From an uncultured Planctomycetota bacterium (GTDB lineage Bacteria; Planctomycetota; Phycisphaerae; UBA1845; CAIVHJ01): a stretch of 64,000 bases of DNA. Position numbers and translations under genes: made by a program. Shown here one piece after another: positions 37,169-48,618 of the stretch. Numbering within the stretch: position 1 is the first letter of the stretch; each line of letters begins with the position of its first letter. The stretch lies in NCBI GenBank assembly GCA_942492115.1, contig CALODL010000010.1, positions 1,635 through 65,634 on the forward strand, in the 5' to 3' direction. Below the pieces are notes generated by a model. The model had not been told where the DNA came from and did not search any database. It saw nothing but the letters and a program-made list of their open reading frames with translations.

Positions 37169-38914
37169 ATGACCGTCTGTTCACTGACATTGTCCCTGGC
37201 CCTTCTGGCACAAACAGCGGACCCGTCATCCGACATCATCGCCGACAACGATGTCGTCATGCGGGCACTGGTCGATGAGATGCAACGGTCCATGACGCTG
37301 CAGATGGAAGATCTGCAAAAGCCTTATTTCATACAATACACCGTCGATGACGACATCACATACCAGATGTCCGCGAGCTACGGGGCCATCACGACATTCA
37401 ATCGCGACCGCTCGCGTTCATTCCTCGGCCAGGTCCGCGTCGGCTCGCCGGAACTGGACAATACGAATTTTGCAGGCGGACGCATGTTCCGTTTTGGTGG
37501 TGGGAGCGGCGGCCGAGCGGCCCTGCCACTTGATGACGACTACATGGCCATTCGGCAGGCCATCTGGTGGGCCACGGACAACATGTACAAGCAGGCTGTC
37601 GAGACCCTGACTCGCAAGCAAGCCTACATGGAAGACAAGCAGCTCGAGGACCGGCCCGATGACCTTGTGCCGTCCAAGCCCTCCGAACATCTCGACCCGG
37701 GCGCTGAAGTCCATTTTGACCAAGCTGCCTGGCGCGCCCATGTCAAGACGCTGTCCGCGGTCTTTTCGCAGTATCCCATCGTCCAGGACTCCAACGTCCG
37801 CCTGCTGATCGGTGGCGGTAACACCTATGTGGCCAATTCGGCAGGCACACGGGTGCGCAAGAACGACCATGGCGTGCTACTGATCATAACGGCCGAGACG
37901 CAGGCCGAAGACGGTATGCGCATATCAGATGGCTTGTCTTATTCGGGCGAGACGACAAACGATCTCCCGGCAGTCGAAGCGATCCTCAAGGATATCGCCA
38001 ACATGGTCACAGGACTCGATGCCGCGCGAAACGCGCCGTACCTCGAAAGCTACAGTGGGCCAGTTCTGTTCGACGGTCACGCATCGTGCCAGATGTTCCA
38101 GTCGCTGATCTCGACTGCCATCGCCGGCAGCGTCGAACCCGTCGGCTCGCAGCGTCGGTCGATGAGCGCCAGCGGCAACATGGAGAAAAAACTCAACAAA
38201 CGCATCCTGCCCAAGTCGTTCCAGATCTATGATGATCCGACTATCAAGAAACACGGCGACCATTTGCTGTTTGGCCACTATGTTTACGATGACGAGGGTG
38301 TGCCTGCAGAACGGGTGACGATTGTCGAGAACGGTGTGCTCAAGTCCCTGGTCATGTCACAGGTTCCCACGAAGAAACTGACCGGCAGCAACGGTCATGC
38401 ACGCCGCAGCGGCGACGGCGGGCTGGCGCGGGCGGCTATCGCGAACCTGTTCATCGTCGATGACAAGGGTAAGTCAATGGACGAACTCAAAGCCGAGCTC
38501 ATCGAAGCGGCCGAAGATGCCGACCTCGAGTACGGCATCCTGATCAAATCCTTGAGGTCGGCCGGCATCGCTTCGAGCCAATCAGATCTCATGTCGTTTT
38601 TCATGCGCGCCCAACGTCGCGGGGCGCCGTCTCTGGGCGATCCGGTGTTCGCGTACAAAGTCTATGTCGAGGATGGCCGCGAAGAACTCATTCGTGGTCT
38701 GGAGTTCGCCCCCGTGGAAGCTCGAGAGTTGAAGAACATCATGGCCGCTGGCAACACGCAGGTCGTGCATAATTATGTCGGGTTCGGCACGACGGGGACG
38801 ACCCCGGCCACGTCGATCATCGCCCCGGCGGTACTCTTCGAGGAGTTGGAACTGGCCAAGATCGAGCAAGAGAAGGACAAGCTACCGATCCTGAAAGCAC
38901 CTGTCGCACGCTAG
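37169..38914 (+). CDS. Second secreted TldD/PmbA-family protein (tandem partner)
   Basis: AGGAG RBS before MTVCSLTLSLALLAQ (signal peptide). PmbA/TldD-like throughout; paired with the upstream gene as in TldD/TldE heterodimers. Confidence 0.8.
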   Translation: MTVCSLTLSLALLAQTADPSSDIIADNDVVMRALVDEMQRSMTLQMEDLQKPYFIQYTVDDDITYQMSASYGAITTFNRDRSRSFLGQVRVGSPELDNTNFAGGRMFRFGGGSGGRAALPLDDDYMAIRQAIWWATDNMYKQAVETLTRKQAYMEDKQLEDRPDDLVPSKPSEHLDPGAEVHFDQAAWRAHVKTLSAVFSQYPIVQDSNVRLLIGGGNTYVANSAGTRVRKNDHGVLLIITAETQAEDGMRISDGLSYSGETTNDLPAVEAILKDIANMVTGLDAARNAPYLESYSGPVLFDGHASCQMFQSLISTAIAGSVEPVGSQRRSMSASGNMEKKLNKRILPKSFQIYDDPTIKKHGDHLLFGHYVYDDEGVPAERVTIVENGVLKSLVMSQVPTKKLTGSNGHARRSGDGGLARAAIANLFIVDDKGKSMDELKAELIEAAEDADLEYGILIKSLRSAGIASSQSDLMSFFMRAQRRGAPSLGDPVFAYKVYVEDGREELIRGLEFAPVEARELKNIMAAGNTQVVHNYVGFGTTGTTPATSIIAPAVLFEELELAKIEQEKDKLPILKAPVAR

Positions 38915-38938
38915 ACCCGGGAACCACTGGAACAACCC

Positions 38939-39235
38939 ATGGCGGATACACCACCCTACGAATCCGTGTGCATCTACATCGCACATGTCCTTGTCGATCG
39001 CGCCGATGGACCGACCAAGATCTATTGTTTCGTCCCGGCGCCGTCGGAATCCGCGGCCGACGTACGGCTCCGCGAGGCACTCGCGAGCCGCAACCTCAAG
39101 TACAAAGCGACGGAATTCATTAAGTCATACTGGGACTACGAATGGGATACCAAGAAGCTCCAGAAGCAATATGATCGTCTCGCCGAAGAGGCATACAAGT
39201 CGCGTGAAGTGACCATCGCTGACCTGGATGCATGA
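38939..39235 (+). CDS. Hypothetical protein (98 aa)
   Basis: Intact ORF between the TldD pair and the thiolase. No recognisable motif. Confidence 0.45.
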   Translation: MADTPPYESVCIYIAHVLVDRADGPTKIYCFVPAPSESAADVRLREALASRNLKYKATEFIKSYWDYEWDTKKLQKQYDRLAEEAYKSREVTIADLDA

Positions 39236-39292
39236 GCAACCGGAACAGGCCACCAACCGCACACCCACGAATGCATACCGAGGACACCGCAC

Positions 39293-40489
39293 ATGAGAAG
39301 AGCAGCAATTGTCACCGCCCTGCGCACGCCGATCGGCCGTTATGGAGGCGCATTGAGCGCAGTGCGCCCAGACGACCTTGCGGCCCTGGTCATCCGCAGT
39401 GTTGTCGAGCGCAGCGGCATCAACTCGGCTCGAATCGATGACATTTATTTCGGCGCCGCCAACCAGGCTGGCGAGGATAACCGCAACGTGGCGCGGATGG
39501 CAGCACTGCTCGCCGAACTCCCCGAGTCAATCCCCGGCAGTACCGTTAACCGGCTGTGTGCCTCCAGCCTGGATGCCATCAACATCTGTGCCCGCATGAT
39601 CGAAGCCAACCATGGCGACATCATGATCGCAGGAGGCGTGGAGAGCATGTCGCGGGCCCCGTTCGTCGTGGCCAAGGGAACGACTGCGTTCTCGAGAACC
39701 GCCGAGATGTACGACACCACAATAGGCTGGCGCTTCACGAACCCCAGGCTGGCTCAGATGCACCAGCCGTTCTCGATGGGTGAAACAGCAGAGAACGTGG
39801 CGCAGCGTTATGAACTGACCCGCCTCGAACAGGATGAATTTGCAGTCACCAGCCAGGCCCGCTGTGCGACGGCGGTCAGAGCCGGTCGTTTTCTCGACGA
39901 GATCGTCGCCGTACCCGTGCCCCAGCGTAAGGGCGATCCCGTGATCGTCGAAAAGGATGAGCATCCACGTCCCGACACGACCCTCGAAGCTCTGGGGAAA
40001 CTTCGACCCGCCTTTGCCAGAGACGGTACGGTCACGGCCGGCAACGCCTCCGGTGTCAACGATGGCGCTGCAGCACTGCTGCTGGTCGAAGAGGAGCTGG
40101 CCCGCGAACAGGGTTTCGAGATCCTTGCGATCGTTGGCCCGTCGGCATCCGCTGGAGTCACTCCTGATATGATGGGGCTTGGTCCAATACCGGCTACCCG
40201 CAAAGCCCTCGACCGCGCCGGACTGACCGTTGACGACCTCGACGTCATCGAACTCAACGAGGCGTTCGCTTCCCAGTCGCTGGTCTGTCTGCGCGAACTG
40301 GGACTCGACCCGGAAAAGGTCAATCCCAACGGGGGTGCCATCGCCCTCGGTCATCCACTGGGTTGCAGCGGTGCACGCATTGCGACGACTTTGATTCACG
40401 AAATGAACCGCGGTAACGCCAAACGCGGACTGGCGACGATGTGCGTTGGCGTCGGCCAGGGTGTTGCGACATTGTTCTACCGCGACTGA
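39293..40489 (+). CDS. Acetyl-CoA C-acyltransferase (thiolase; PaaJ/beta-ketoadipyl-CoA thiolase-like)
   Basis: 'AAIVTALRTPIGRYGGAL', 'NRLCASSLDAI', and C-terminal 'GHPLGCSGARI'/'CVGVGQGVA'. Confidence 0.9.
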   Translation: MRRAAIVTALRTPIGRYGGALSAVRPDDLAALVIRSVVERSGINSARIDDIYFGAANQAGEDNRNVARMAALLAELPESIPGSTVNRLCASSLDAINICARMIEANHGDIMIAGGVESMSRAPFVVAKGTTAFSRTAEMYDTTIGWRFTNPRLAQMHQPFSMGETAENVAQRYELTRLEQDEFAVTSQARCATAVRAGRFLDEIVAVPVPQRKGDPVIVEKDEHPRPDTTLEALGKLRPAFARDGTVTAGNASGVNDGAAALLLVEEELAREQGFEILAIVGPSASAGVTPDMMGLGPIPATRKALDRAGLTVDDLDVIELNEAFASQSLVCLRELGLDPEKVNPNGGAIALGHPLGCSGARIATTLIHEMNRGNAKRGLATMCVGVGQGVATLFYRD

Positions 40490-41709
40490 GCACGATTCAC
40501 AGCGGCACCGTATCGATCTGCCGGCGCAAATCGGTCGTCGTCGACTGTCTCGTTCAGAGCCGTCAGCACGGCTCCCACGCGCGCATGGCCCAATGCAGCC
40601 GCCCATTCCAGGAGCCCGCGCGGATAGTTCGTGCCCTTCTGCATGGCCAGGTCGATGTCCGCATCTGTCGCCACCCCTTCTTGAGCTGCAAGGGCCGCCT
40701 CATTCATCAGGGCGCACAGAATGCGCGCAAAGACATATCCTGACTCGGCCTTGATGGAGTAACCACCGGCCCTGGCAAGGTCGGACAACGCTGCACGAAC
40801 GGCCACGGGAATGTCGAACCCGCGACACTCGGAACGCAATCCGAGTTTGACCTCGTCGCCACGATAGACGTACACACCCTCACCGGTCTTGCGGCCCAGC
40901 TTGCCCTGTTGAACGAGCGACGCCTGGATCGGCGACGGCTTGAAGCGTGACGGCTCGCCTGACTGGACGTACACGCTGCAGGTCACAGCGTAGTTGATGT
41001 CGATCCCCACGAGGTCCATCAACTCGAATGGTCCCATGCGGAACCCGCCGACCTCTTTCATCACCAGATCGATGCTGAACGGATCACCGCGGCCCTCTTC
41101 GACGATACGCAGGGCCTCGAGATAGTATGGCCGCGCCACGCGGTTGACAATGAAGCCGGGCGTATCCTTGACCCGCACCGCGGTCTTGCCCCAGGCGACG
41201 GCGAGATCAAACACGCGCTGTACGGCAGCGGGCTGTGTGCCGCGTCCGGCGATGACTTCGACCAGAGGCATCAGTGGTGCCGGATTGAAGAAATGCATGC
41301 CACATACGCGCTCCGGAGCGCCCAACTGTTCTCCAAGTTGACTGACCGACAGGGACGACGTGTTGCTGGCAATGACCCCCGTCGGCCCCAGAAGACGCAG
41401 CACTTTCGACAACACGGCAACCTTGGCTTCCATCTTCTCGACAATGGCCTCGATCACCACGGTGCAATCGGCAAGGTCCTGGGGCGCGCCACTTGGATGC
41501 AGCCGCGCTGCGCAGGCCTCTGCCTGCTCGACCGTAAGCTTGCCCTTCTCGACCAGCCGCGCAAACCGCTTGGCGATGCCGGCGATCGCCCGTTCAGCCG
41601 TCGCCAGGTCAACCTCCAGAACCCGAACAACATGGCCGCACGTCGCCGCCACCTGCGCAATCCCCGCCCCCATGGTTCCACCGCCAATGACTCCGATGAT
41701 TTCGCTCAT
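40477..41709 (-). CDS. 3-hydroxyacyl-CoA dehydrogenase (PaaH-like, with a duplicated C-terminal domain)
   Basis: 'IGVIGGGTMGAGIAQVAA' NAD-binding motif, 'GFIVNRV', and a second C-domain repeat. Confidence 0.9.
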   Translation of the reverse strand: MSEIIGVIGGGTMGAGIAQVAATCGHVVRVLEVDLATAERAIAGIAKRFARLVEKGKLTVEQAEACAARLHPSGAPQDLADCTVVIEAIVEKMEAKVAVLSKVLRLLGPTGVIASNTSSLSVSQLGEQLGAPERVCGMHFFNPAPLMPLVEVIAGRGTQPAAVQRVFDLAVAWGKTAVRVKDTPGFIVNRVARPYYLEALRIVEEGRGDPFSIDLVMKEVGGFRMGPFELMDLVGIDINYAVTCSVYVQSGEPSRFKPSPIQASLVQQGKLGRKTGEGVYVYRGDEVKLGLRSECRGFDIPVAVRAALSDLARAGGYSIKAESGYVFARILCALMNEAALAAQEGVATDADIDLAMQKGTNYPRGLLEWAAALGHARVGAVLTALNETVDDDRFAPADRYGAAVNRAQSR

Positions 41710-41781
41710 GTCCGTGGTAACCCTCGCATGGTACGGTGTGGTGATGCAGCCCAGTCATCGGGCTCTCGACGCCCCCTCGGT

Positions 41782-42605
41782 CTACATCTGCAGGATGTCG
41801 CGCGCAACTAACTCCCCCTTGAACTCCGGCGTGCGCTTCTCGATGAACGCCCGCACTCCTTCGAAGTGATCCTTGGTCTTGCCGGCCGTCTCCTGAACAA
41901 ACGCCTCGGCCTCGAGTTGCTCCTCGAGCGTATTGTCGAACGTCTGGTTCAGCAGGCGCTTGGTCAATCCTAAGGCCCGCGTCGGCATCGCCGCCAGTTG
42001 ATGCGCCCAGGCATGCGCGGCGTCACTCAATTCGTCATCGGCAACGACCTTGTTGGTCAACCCGAGGCGCAGGGCGTCGGCCGCATTCACCCGGTCTCCC
42101 GTGAAACACAACTCCATGGCCTGCCCCAAACCGACAAGCCGCGGTAACGTAAAAGTGCTGCCGCTGTCAGGAATCAGGCCTACATTGACGAACACCTCGA
42201 TCAGCTTAGCGCCCTCCGCCATGACCCGCAGATCACAGGCCAACGCCAGACTGCATCCGGCGCCTGCTGCTACGCCGTTGATGGCTGCGATAATGGGTTT
42301 CTCGATTTGCCGCATCTTGAGGATGACCGGGTTGTACCCTTGCGCAGGCGCTTGCCGAGCACCGGCACGAAGTCCCCGACATACTGGCCCTCCAGATCCT
42401 TGAGGTCCTGACCCGAACAGAATGCCTTACCTGCCCCAGTGATGACCACGGCGCGTACCGCTGCATCCTTGTCACTATTCTTGAGCGCCGCAAGCAACTC
42501 GTCAGTCATGCGCTCGTTGAAGGCATTGAACACATCGGGACGGTTGAGCGTTATGGTTGCCACACTGCCATCAACCAGGTACGTAATCGTTTCGTAGTCA
42601 GCCAT
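41782..42605 (-). CDS. Enoyl-CoA hydratase/isomerase (crotonase family), interrupted by a 1-bp indel at ~42318-42326 (GGG run)
   Basis: ORF 42270-42605 (N-terminal half, 'ITGAGKAFCSGQDLK') and ORF 41782-42315 ('MRQIEKPIIAAINGVAAGAG') join as '...LGKRLRKG|YNPVILKMRQIEKP' if one G is added. Confidence 0.7.
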
Positions 42606-42619
42606 AGGAGATCTCCGAG

Positions 42620-43390
42620 CTACTTGCCCTTGAATTGTGGCCGCCTCTTTTCAAAAAAGGCCCGCATGCCTTCTTTCTGGTCCTCGGACGCAAACAGCAT
42701 ATAGAACAGTTTTCGCTCATACTCGAGGCCGTCGGACAACGACATTTCGAACGCCTTCAGCACTGACTCTTTGGCCAGCCTCAACGCCAGTGGTGGCTTG
42801 GTACACAGCTCGCGAGCCACTCCCAGGGCGACGTCATAGAAATTCTCTTTGGGCACAACACGAGAGACCAGGCCGGCGTCACGCGCTTCATGGGCCGTCA
42901 AGAAGCGCCCCCCCAGCACCACGTCCATAGCAATGGCCTTACCGACCGCGCGGGTCATACGCTGCGTTCCTCCGGCACCAGGGATCACCCCAATATTGAT
43001 CTCGGGCTGACCGAACCGCGCCGATTCCGAAGCGATGATGATGTCACACAGCATGGCCAGCTCGCAACCGCCGCCGAGGGCATAGCCACTGACGGCAGCG
43101 ACGATGGGCTTCGAGATACGCTTGATGCGCTCCCACCGTGCGAACTGATTGCGCTCGTACATATCGAAGGCCGACGCCTCGGCCATGTCCTTGATATCTG
43201 CTCCCGCAGCCCACACGCGTTCGCTTCCAGACAGCAGGATGGCATAGATCTCCGGATCATTGTCGTATGCGTCGAGCTGATCGACGAGTTGTTTCATGAG
43301 GTCGAGACTGAGTGCGTTGAGCACATCTGGCCGGTTAAGCTTGATGATGCCCACGTGACCATCGCGTTCTGCCAGGATGGGCTCGGACAT
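42620..43390 (-). CDS. Enoyl-CoA hydratase (crotonase family, PaaF-like)
   Basis: 'AAGADIKDM', 'ISKPIVAAVSGYALGGGCELAMLCDIIIA', and C-terminal 'EGMRAFFEKRRPQFKGK'. Confidence 0.85.
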   Translation of the reverse strand: MSEPILAERDGHVGIIKLNRPDVLNALSLDLMKQLVDQLDAYDNDPEIYAILLSGSERVWAAGADIKDMAEASAFDMYERNQFARWERIKRISKPIVAAVSGYALGGGCELAMLCDIIIASESARFGQPEINIGVIPGAGGTQRMTRAVGKAIAMDVVLGGRFLTAHEARDAGLVSRVVPKENFYDVALGVARELCTKPPLALRLAKESVLKAFEMSLSDGLEYERKLFYMLFASEDQKEGMRAFFEKRRPQFKGK

Positions 43391-43422
43391 GACGTTTCCT
43401 CCGTTTCGTGAACGACAACAAC

Positions 43423-44259
43423 TCACGGTTGCGGTCGCAGCGCATCATAATCGACGCGGCGTTTTTCGTTGAATGCCTCGAGGCCGGCATGGACCTCTGG
43501 AGCACGATTGTGCACGGCAAGCCAGTCACGGGCGTGGCCGATGGTCATGCTCCAGGAGAAATCTTTCCAGAAGTTGAGCTGTTGCTTGGTGTAGCGCATG
43601 CACTCGGGAAGTTTCTCGGCCAGTCGCGTACACATGTCATCGACCTCCGCATCCAGGGAGGCTCGTGGAACGACACGATTGACCAGCCCCCAATCCAGTG
43701 CCTGGGCTGCCGGAATCTCGTCACAGAGCATGAGCACTTCACGAGCGCGGCGATCACCGATCATCAACGGCAGCCACTGCGTTGCCCCAGCCGCCGCGAC
43801 GCTACCCATGGCCGCACCGACCTGTTTGATATAGATGTCGTCGCACGCCACGGCCAGATCACACGACATGTTGAATTCGTTGCCTCCCCCCACGACGATG
43901 CCGTTGAGCCGCGCCACCGTCGGTTTCCCGATCCCGCGTAGCAGTTCGTGTGCGCGGCAGAACTCGCCCATCCACTTCCAGTACTCATTGGGTGCGTCGA
44001 CGTATTCCCTCTGTTGCTCTTTGAGATCGGCCCCTGTACAAAACGCCCGGTCGCCAGCGCCGGTCAGGACCACCACTGCCACACTGTCGTCCCACGAGGC
44101 ATCGAGAAAAGCCTGCTGCAGCTCCTGCAGGGTCGGCAAGTCTACACAATTCAACACGGCAGGACGATTGATGGTCACCGTGGCTCGGCGCCCATCCTTG
44201 ACGTAGATGATGTTCTTGAAATCGAAGTCCGCAGGGTCACGCGGTGCGGTCGAAGTCAT
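43423..44259 (-). CDS. MenB/BadI-like crotonase-superfamily enzyme (enoyl-CoA hydratase/isomerase or CoA-ester ring hydrolase)
   Basis: 'VARLNGIVVGGGNEFNMSCDLAVA' and 'AVHNRAPEVHAGLEAFNEKRRVDY', resembling the MenB/BadI branch. Confidence 0.8.
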   Translation of the reverse strand: MTSTAPRDPADFDFKNIIYVKDGRRATVTINRPAVLNCVDLPTLQELQQAFLDASWDDSVAVVVLTGAGDRAFCTGADLKEQQREYVDAPNEYWKWMGEFCRAHELLRGIGKPTVARLNGIVVGGGNEFNMSCDLAVACDDIYIKQVGAAMGSVAAAGATQWLPLMIGDRRAREVLMLCDEIPAAQALDWGLVNRVVPRASLDAEVDDMCTRLAEKLPECMRYTKQQLNFWKDFSWSMTIGHARDWLAVHNRAPEVHAGLEAFNEKRRVDYDALRPQP

Positions 44260-44283
44260 GTCCTGACGCTCCTGTCCACAGGG

Positions 44284-44676
44284 TTACTGATGGCGTTCGA
44301 TAAGACTGTCGAGAACTCTCTTGGGCAGGACACGTTGATGCTGTACCCCACGACCAATAAGTCGCTCGCCATCATATGCTCGCACATCACAGATTACGCG
44401 TTTCCCGTCGACTGCAGTGCACAAGGCCTCGACACGCACGACCTTGCCGACCGGCGTCGGCGCCAGGTGGTCGATCGACAGGTGCGTACCGATCCCCTCT
44501 TCGTCCGCGTCGAGATGGGGGGCCAGCACCTTCCTGGCCGCCAGTTCCATGTGGTGCGCCAGCGACCACGTGGAGTACACCCGGTGCACGATGATCCCGT
44601 CAAACGCCGGACACATGTCGGGCGTGACTTCGATCTCGACCGTAGCACTCACGCCAGGCTGCAGGGCTGCGTGCAT
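44284..44676 (-). CDS. Hotdog-fold acyl-CoA thioesterase (PaaI/FlK-like)
   Basis: 130-aa ORF with a hotdog-like pattern ('VHRVYSTWSLAHHMELAARK...', 'GKRVICDVRAYDGERLIGRG'). Confidence 0.65.
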   Translation of the reverse strand: MHAALQPGVSATVEIEVTPDMCPAFDGIIVHRVYSTWSLAHHMELAARKVLAPHLDADEEGIGTHLSIDHLAPTPVGKVVRVEALCTAVDGKRVICDVRAYDGERLIGRGVQHQRVLPKRVLDSLIERHQ

Positions 44677-44687
44677 GGTAGCCCCTC

Positions 44688-46700
<2,013 letters not shown>

Positions 46701-46989
46701 GTGTAGTGGTTTCCTTGGATCACTGGTTCATGAACGGGCATGAATCCAAACTGTAAGAAGGCGACCTGCTAAAATGGCTGCCTGCCAACCTTGATGGTTC
46801 GACGTCAGCACTACGACGTGTACAAGTCGCTAGATTGTCAATAGGATGCGGCCGTCGGCGCCTGGAATCTTGGGGCGGTAGTGTCCCAGAAATCACAGGG
46901 CCGGTCAAGAAATGGCCGACGGTAATGAAGTACCCAATTTGACATGTTGTCACGGCTGCGGTTTGCGCGAAGTGACGTCCAGGCGAGCG

Positions 46990-47650
46990 ATGAACAAGCG
47001 CACTATGAACAGGGCTCTGGCCGATGAACGGTTCGTGCGTCGTGCACGACGCGCCTTGTCCGCTCATGATGCGATCATGTCGCGGATCATCAAGACTGTG
47101 GGTGCGTTTCGCCCCAATACAGTCGACGGTGTTTTCGAGGCACTCGTGCTGTCCATCGTACATCAACAGGTATCGATGAAGGCAGCGCAGACGATCTGCC
47201 GACGCGTGCGCGATCTCTGTCCCGCGCCGGTGTATTACGGTCTCCGCGATGACACAATGTTCCCTGGACGACCTGCGCGGCGCCGGATTGTCACGCCCCA
47301 AGGCTGCTTACGTCCACAACGTATGCGCTCATTTCGCCGACAGGCGAGTGAACCCTCGTCGACTGCCCCATCTGTCCGACGCAGACATCATCACCTGCCT
47401 CAGCGCCATCAAGGGAGTTGGGGTGTGGACCTCAGAAATGATTCTCATCTTCACCCTGCAGCGTCCCGACGTGTGGCCGGTCGATGACCTCGGCTTGCGC
47501 CAGGCACTGCACCATGCTTACCAGGTACCCCGGGAGGCCACGCGGGATCGTCTCGTGCAAGCCGGTGAGCGTTTCCGCCCCTATCGCAGTATCGCAACAT
47601 GGTACTTGTGGAGCAGCCTGAACACGGGGATCACGCCTGGATTCACATGA
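46990..47650 (+). CDS. HhH-GPD DNA glycosylase (AlkA/Mag-like), interrupted by a frameshift near 47255-47275
   Basis: ORFs 46912-47487 and 47249-47650 overlap in different frames. The second carries the HhH-GPD core 'LSAIKGVGVWTSEMILIF...RPDVWPVDDLGLRQAL'. Confidence 0.6.
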
Positions 47651-47717
47651 TCGTCCGGCATTTCGTCCGTCGTTCCGCTATGCTGATGAAGTTGAGACGG
47701 AGGCACGTCTGGCCCCC

Positions 47718-48563
47718 ATGCAACGTCACGTGAGCATCCATACCGATCTGCCGTGCACGAGATGCACGTACAATCTGCGCGGCCTGGCGCGCTGCGGTTC
47801 ATGCCCAGAGTGCGCCGCCCCCATCGAGCACTCGACGCGGGGGGTGCTGCTCAAGTACAGCGATCCGCGATGGTTGGCGACGGTGCGCTGGGGAATCGCT
47901 CTGACGCTGTGGAACATCCCAATCCGAACCGTCGTGTTGCTCCCCATCCTGCTGCCACCGACCATGTCATTCGGAGTGGCGATTGCAGCTGCGGTCTTGA
48001 CCCTTGCCGGTACCGCTTGCCTGCTCTGCCGCGAGCCCAGAGCAGTACTCTATCGCGCCACGCTGCCGTGGCGCGCCGCCATCATCGTGTGTGCCACCGT
48101 TGAACTGCTGAGCGGACTCGGCCCTCTCGTCATTGCTCTCCTCCCCCATGCCCATTGGATGCACTGGCTGTGTGCCGTGTCTTTTGCCGCAGGACTGATC
48201 GCTCGGCTGCAATACCTCCATCGTTACGACCATCGCATCTCGGATGCCGACCTCGTATTGAGCACGGCCGTCCTGCTGTGGCTCATCGGTGTCGCAATGC
48301 TCTGCCTCGCGCCGCTCATATTCATGACCCTGATTCGTGCCACGCACCAGTTCGGGCCGTTCCCCGAGGAACTCATGTGGACGGTGATGATCATTGCGGC
48401 ACTGCTGTGGATCGTCATCGCGCTGGTGCGGTACCTGGCGGGCTTCCGGCGTGGCCAGCGCGAAGCCGCTTTGGTTGCCATCGCTCTGGCCGAGCGCCCA
48501 GCCGAAACTGAGGACGGCACATCGGTTCCGGCCCAAGGGCGGTCAAGGCCACCTCCGGCGTGA
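47718..48563 (+). CDS. Hypothetical membrane protein with an N-terminal zinc ribbon (CxxC...CxxC) and ~6 TM helices
   Basis: 'CTRCTYNLRGLARCGSCPEC' followed by hydrophobic helices. Confidence 0.5.
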   Translation: MQRHVSIHTDLPCTRCTYNLRGLARCGSCPECAAPIEHSTRGVLLKYSDPRWLATVRWGIALTLWNIPIRTVVLLPILLPPTMSFGVAIAAAVLTLAGTACLLCREPRAVLYRATLPWRAAIIVCATVELLSGLGPLVIALLPHAHWMHWLCAVSFAAGLIARLQYLHRYDHRISDADLVLSTAVLLWLIGVAMLCLAPLIFMTLIRATHQFGPFPEELMWTVMIIAALLWIVIALVRYLAGFRRGQREAALVAIALAERPAETEDGTSVPAQGRSRPPPA

Positions 48564-48618
48564 ACGCTGGCAGGTCATATCGGCAAGACAGCACGGCATG
48601 GGCATTCCGCTGACTTGG

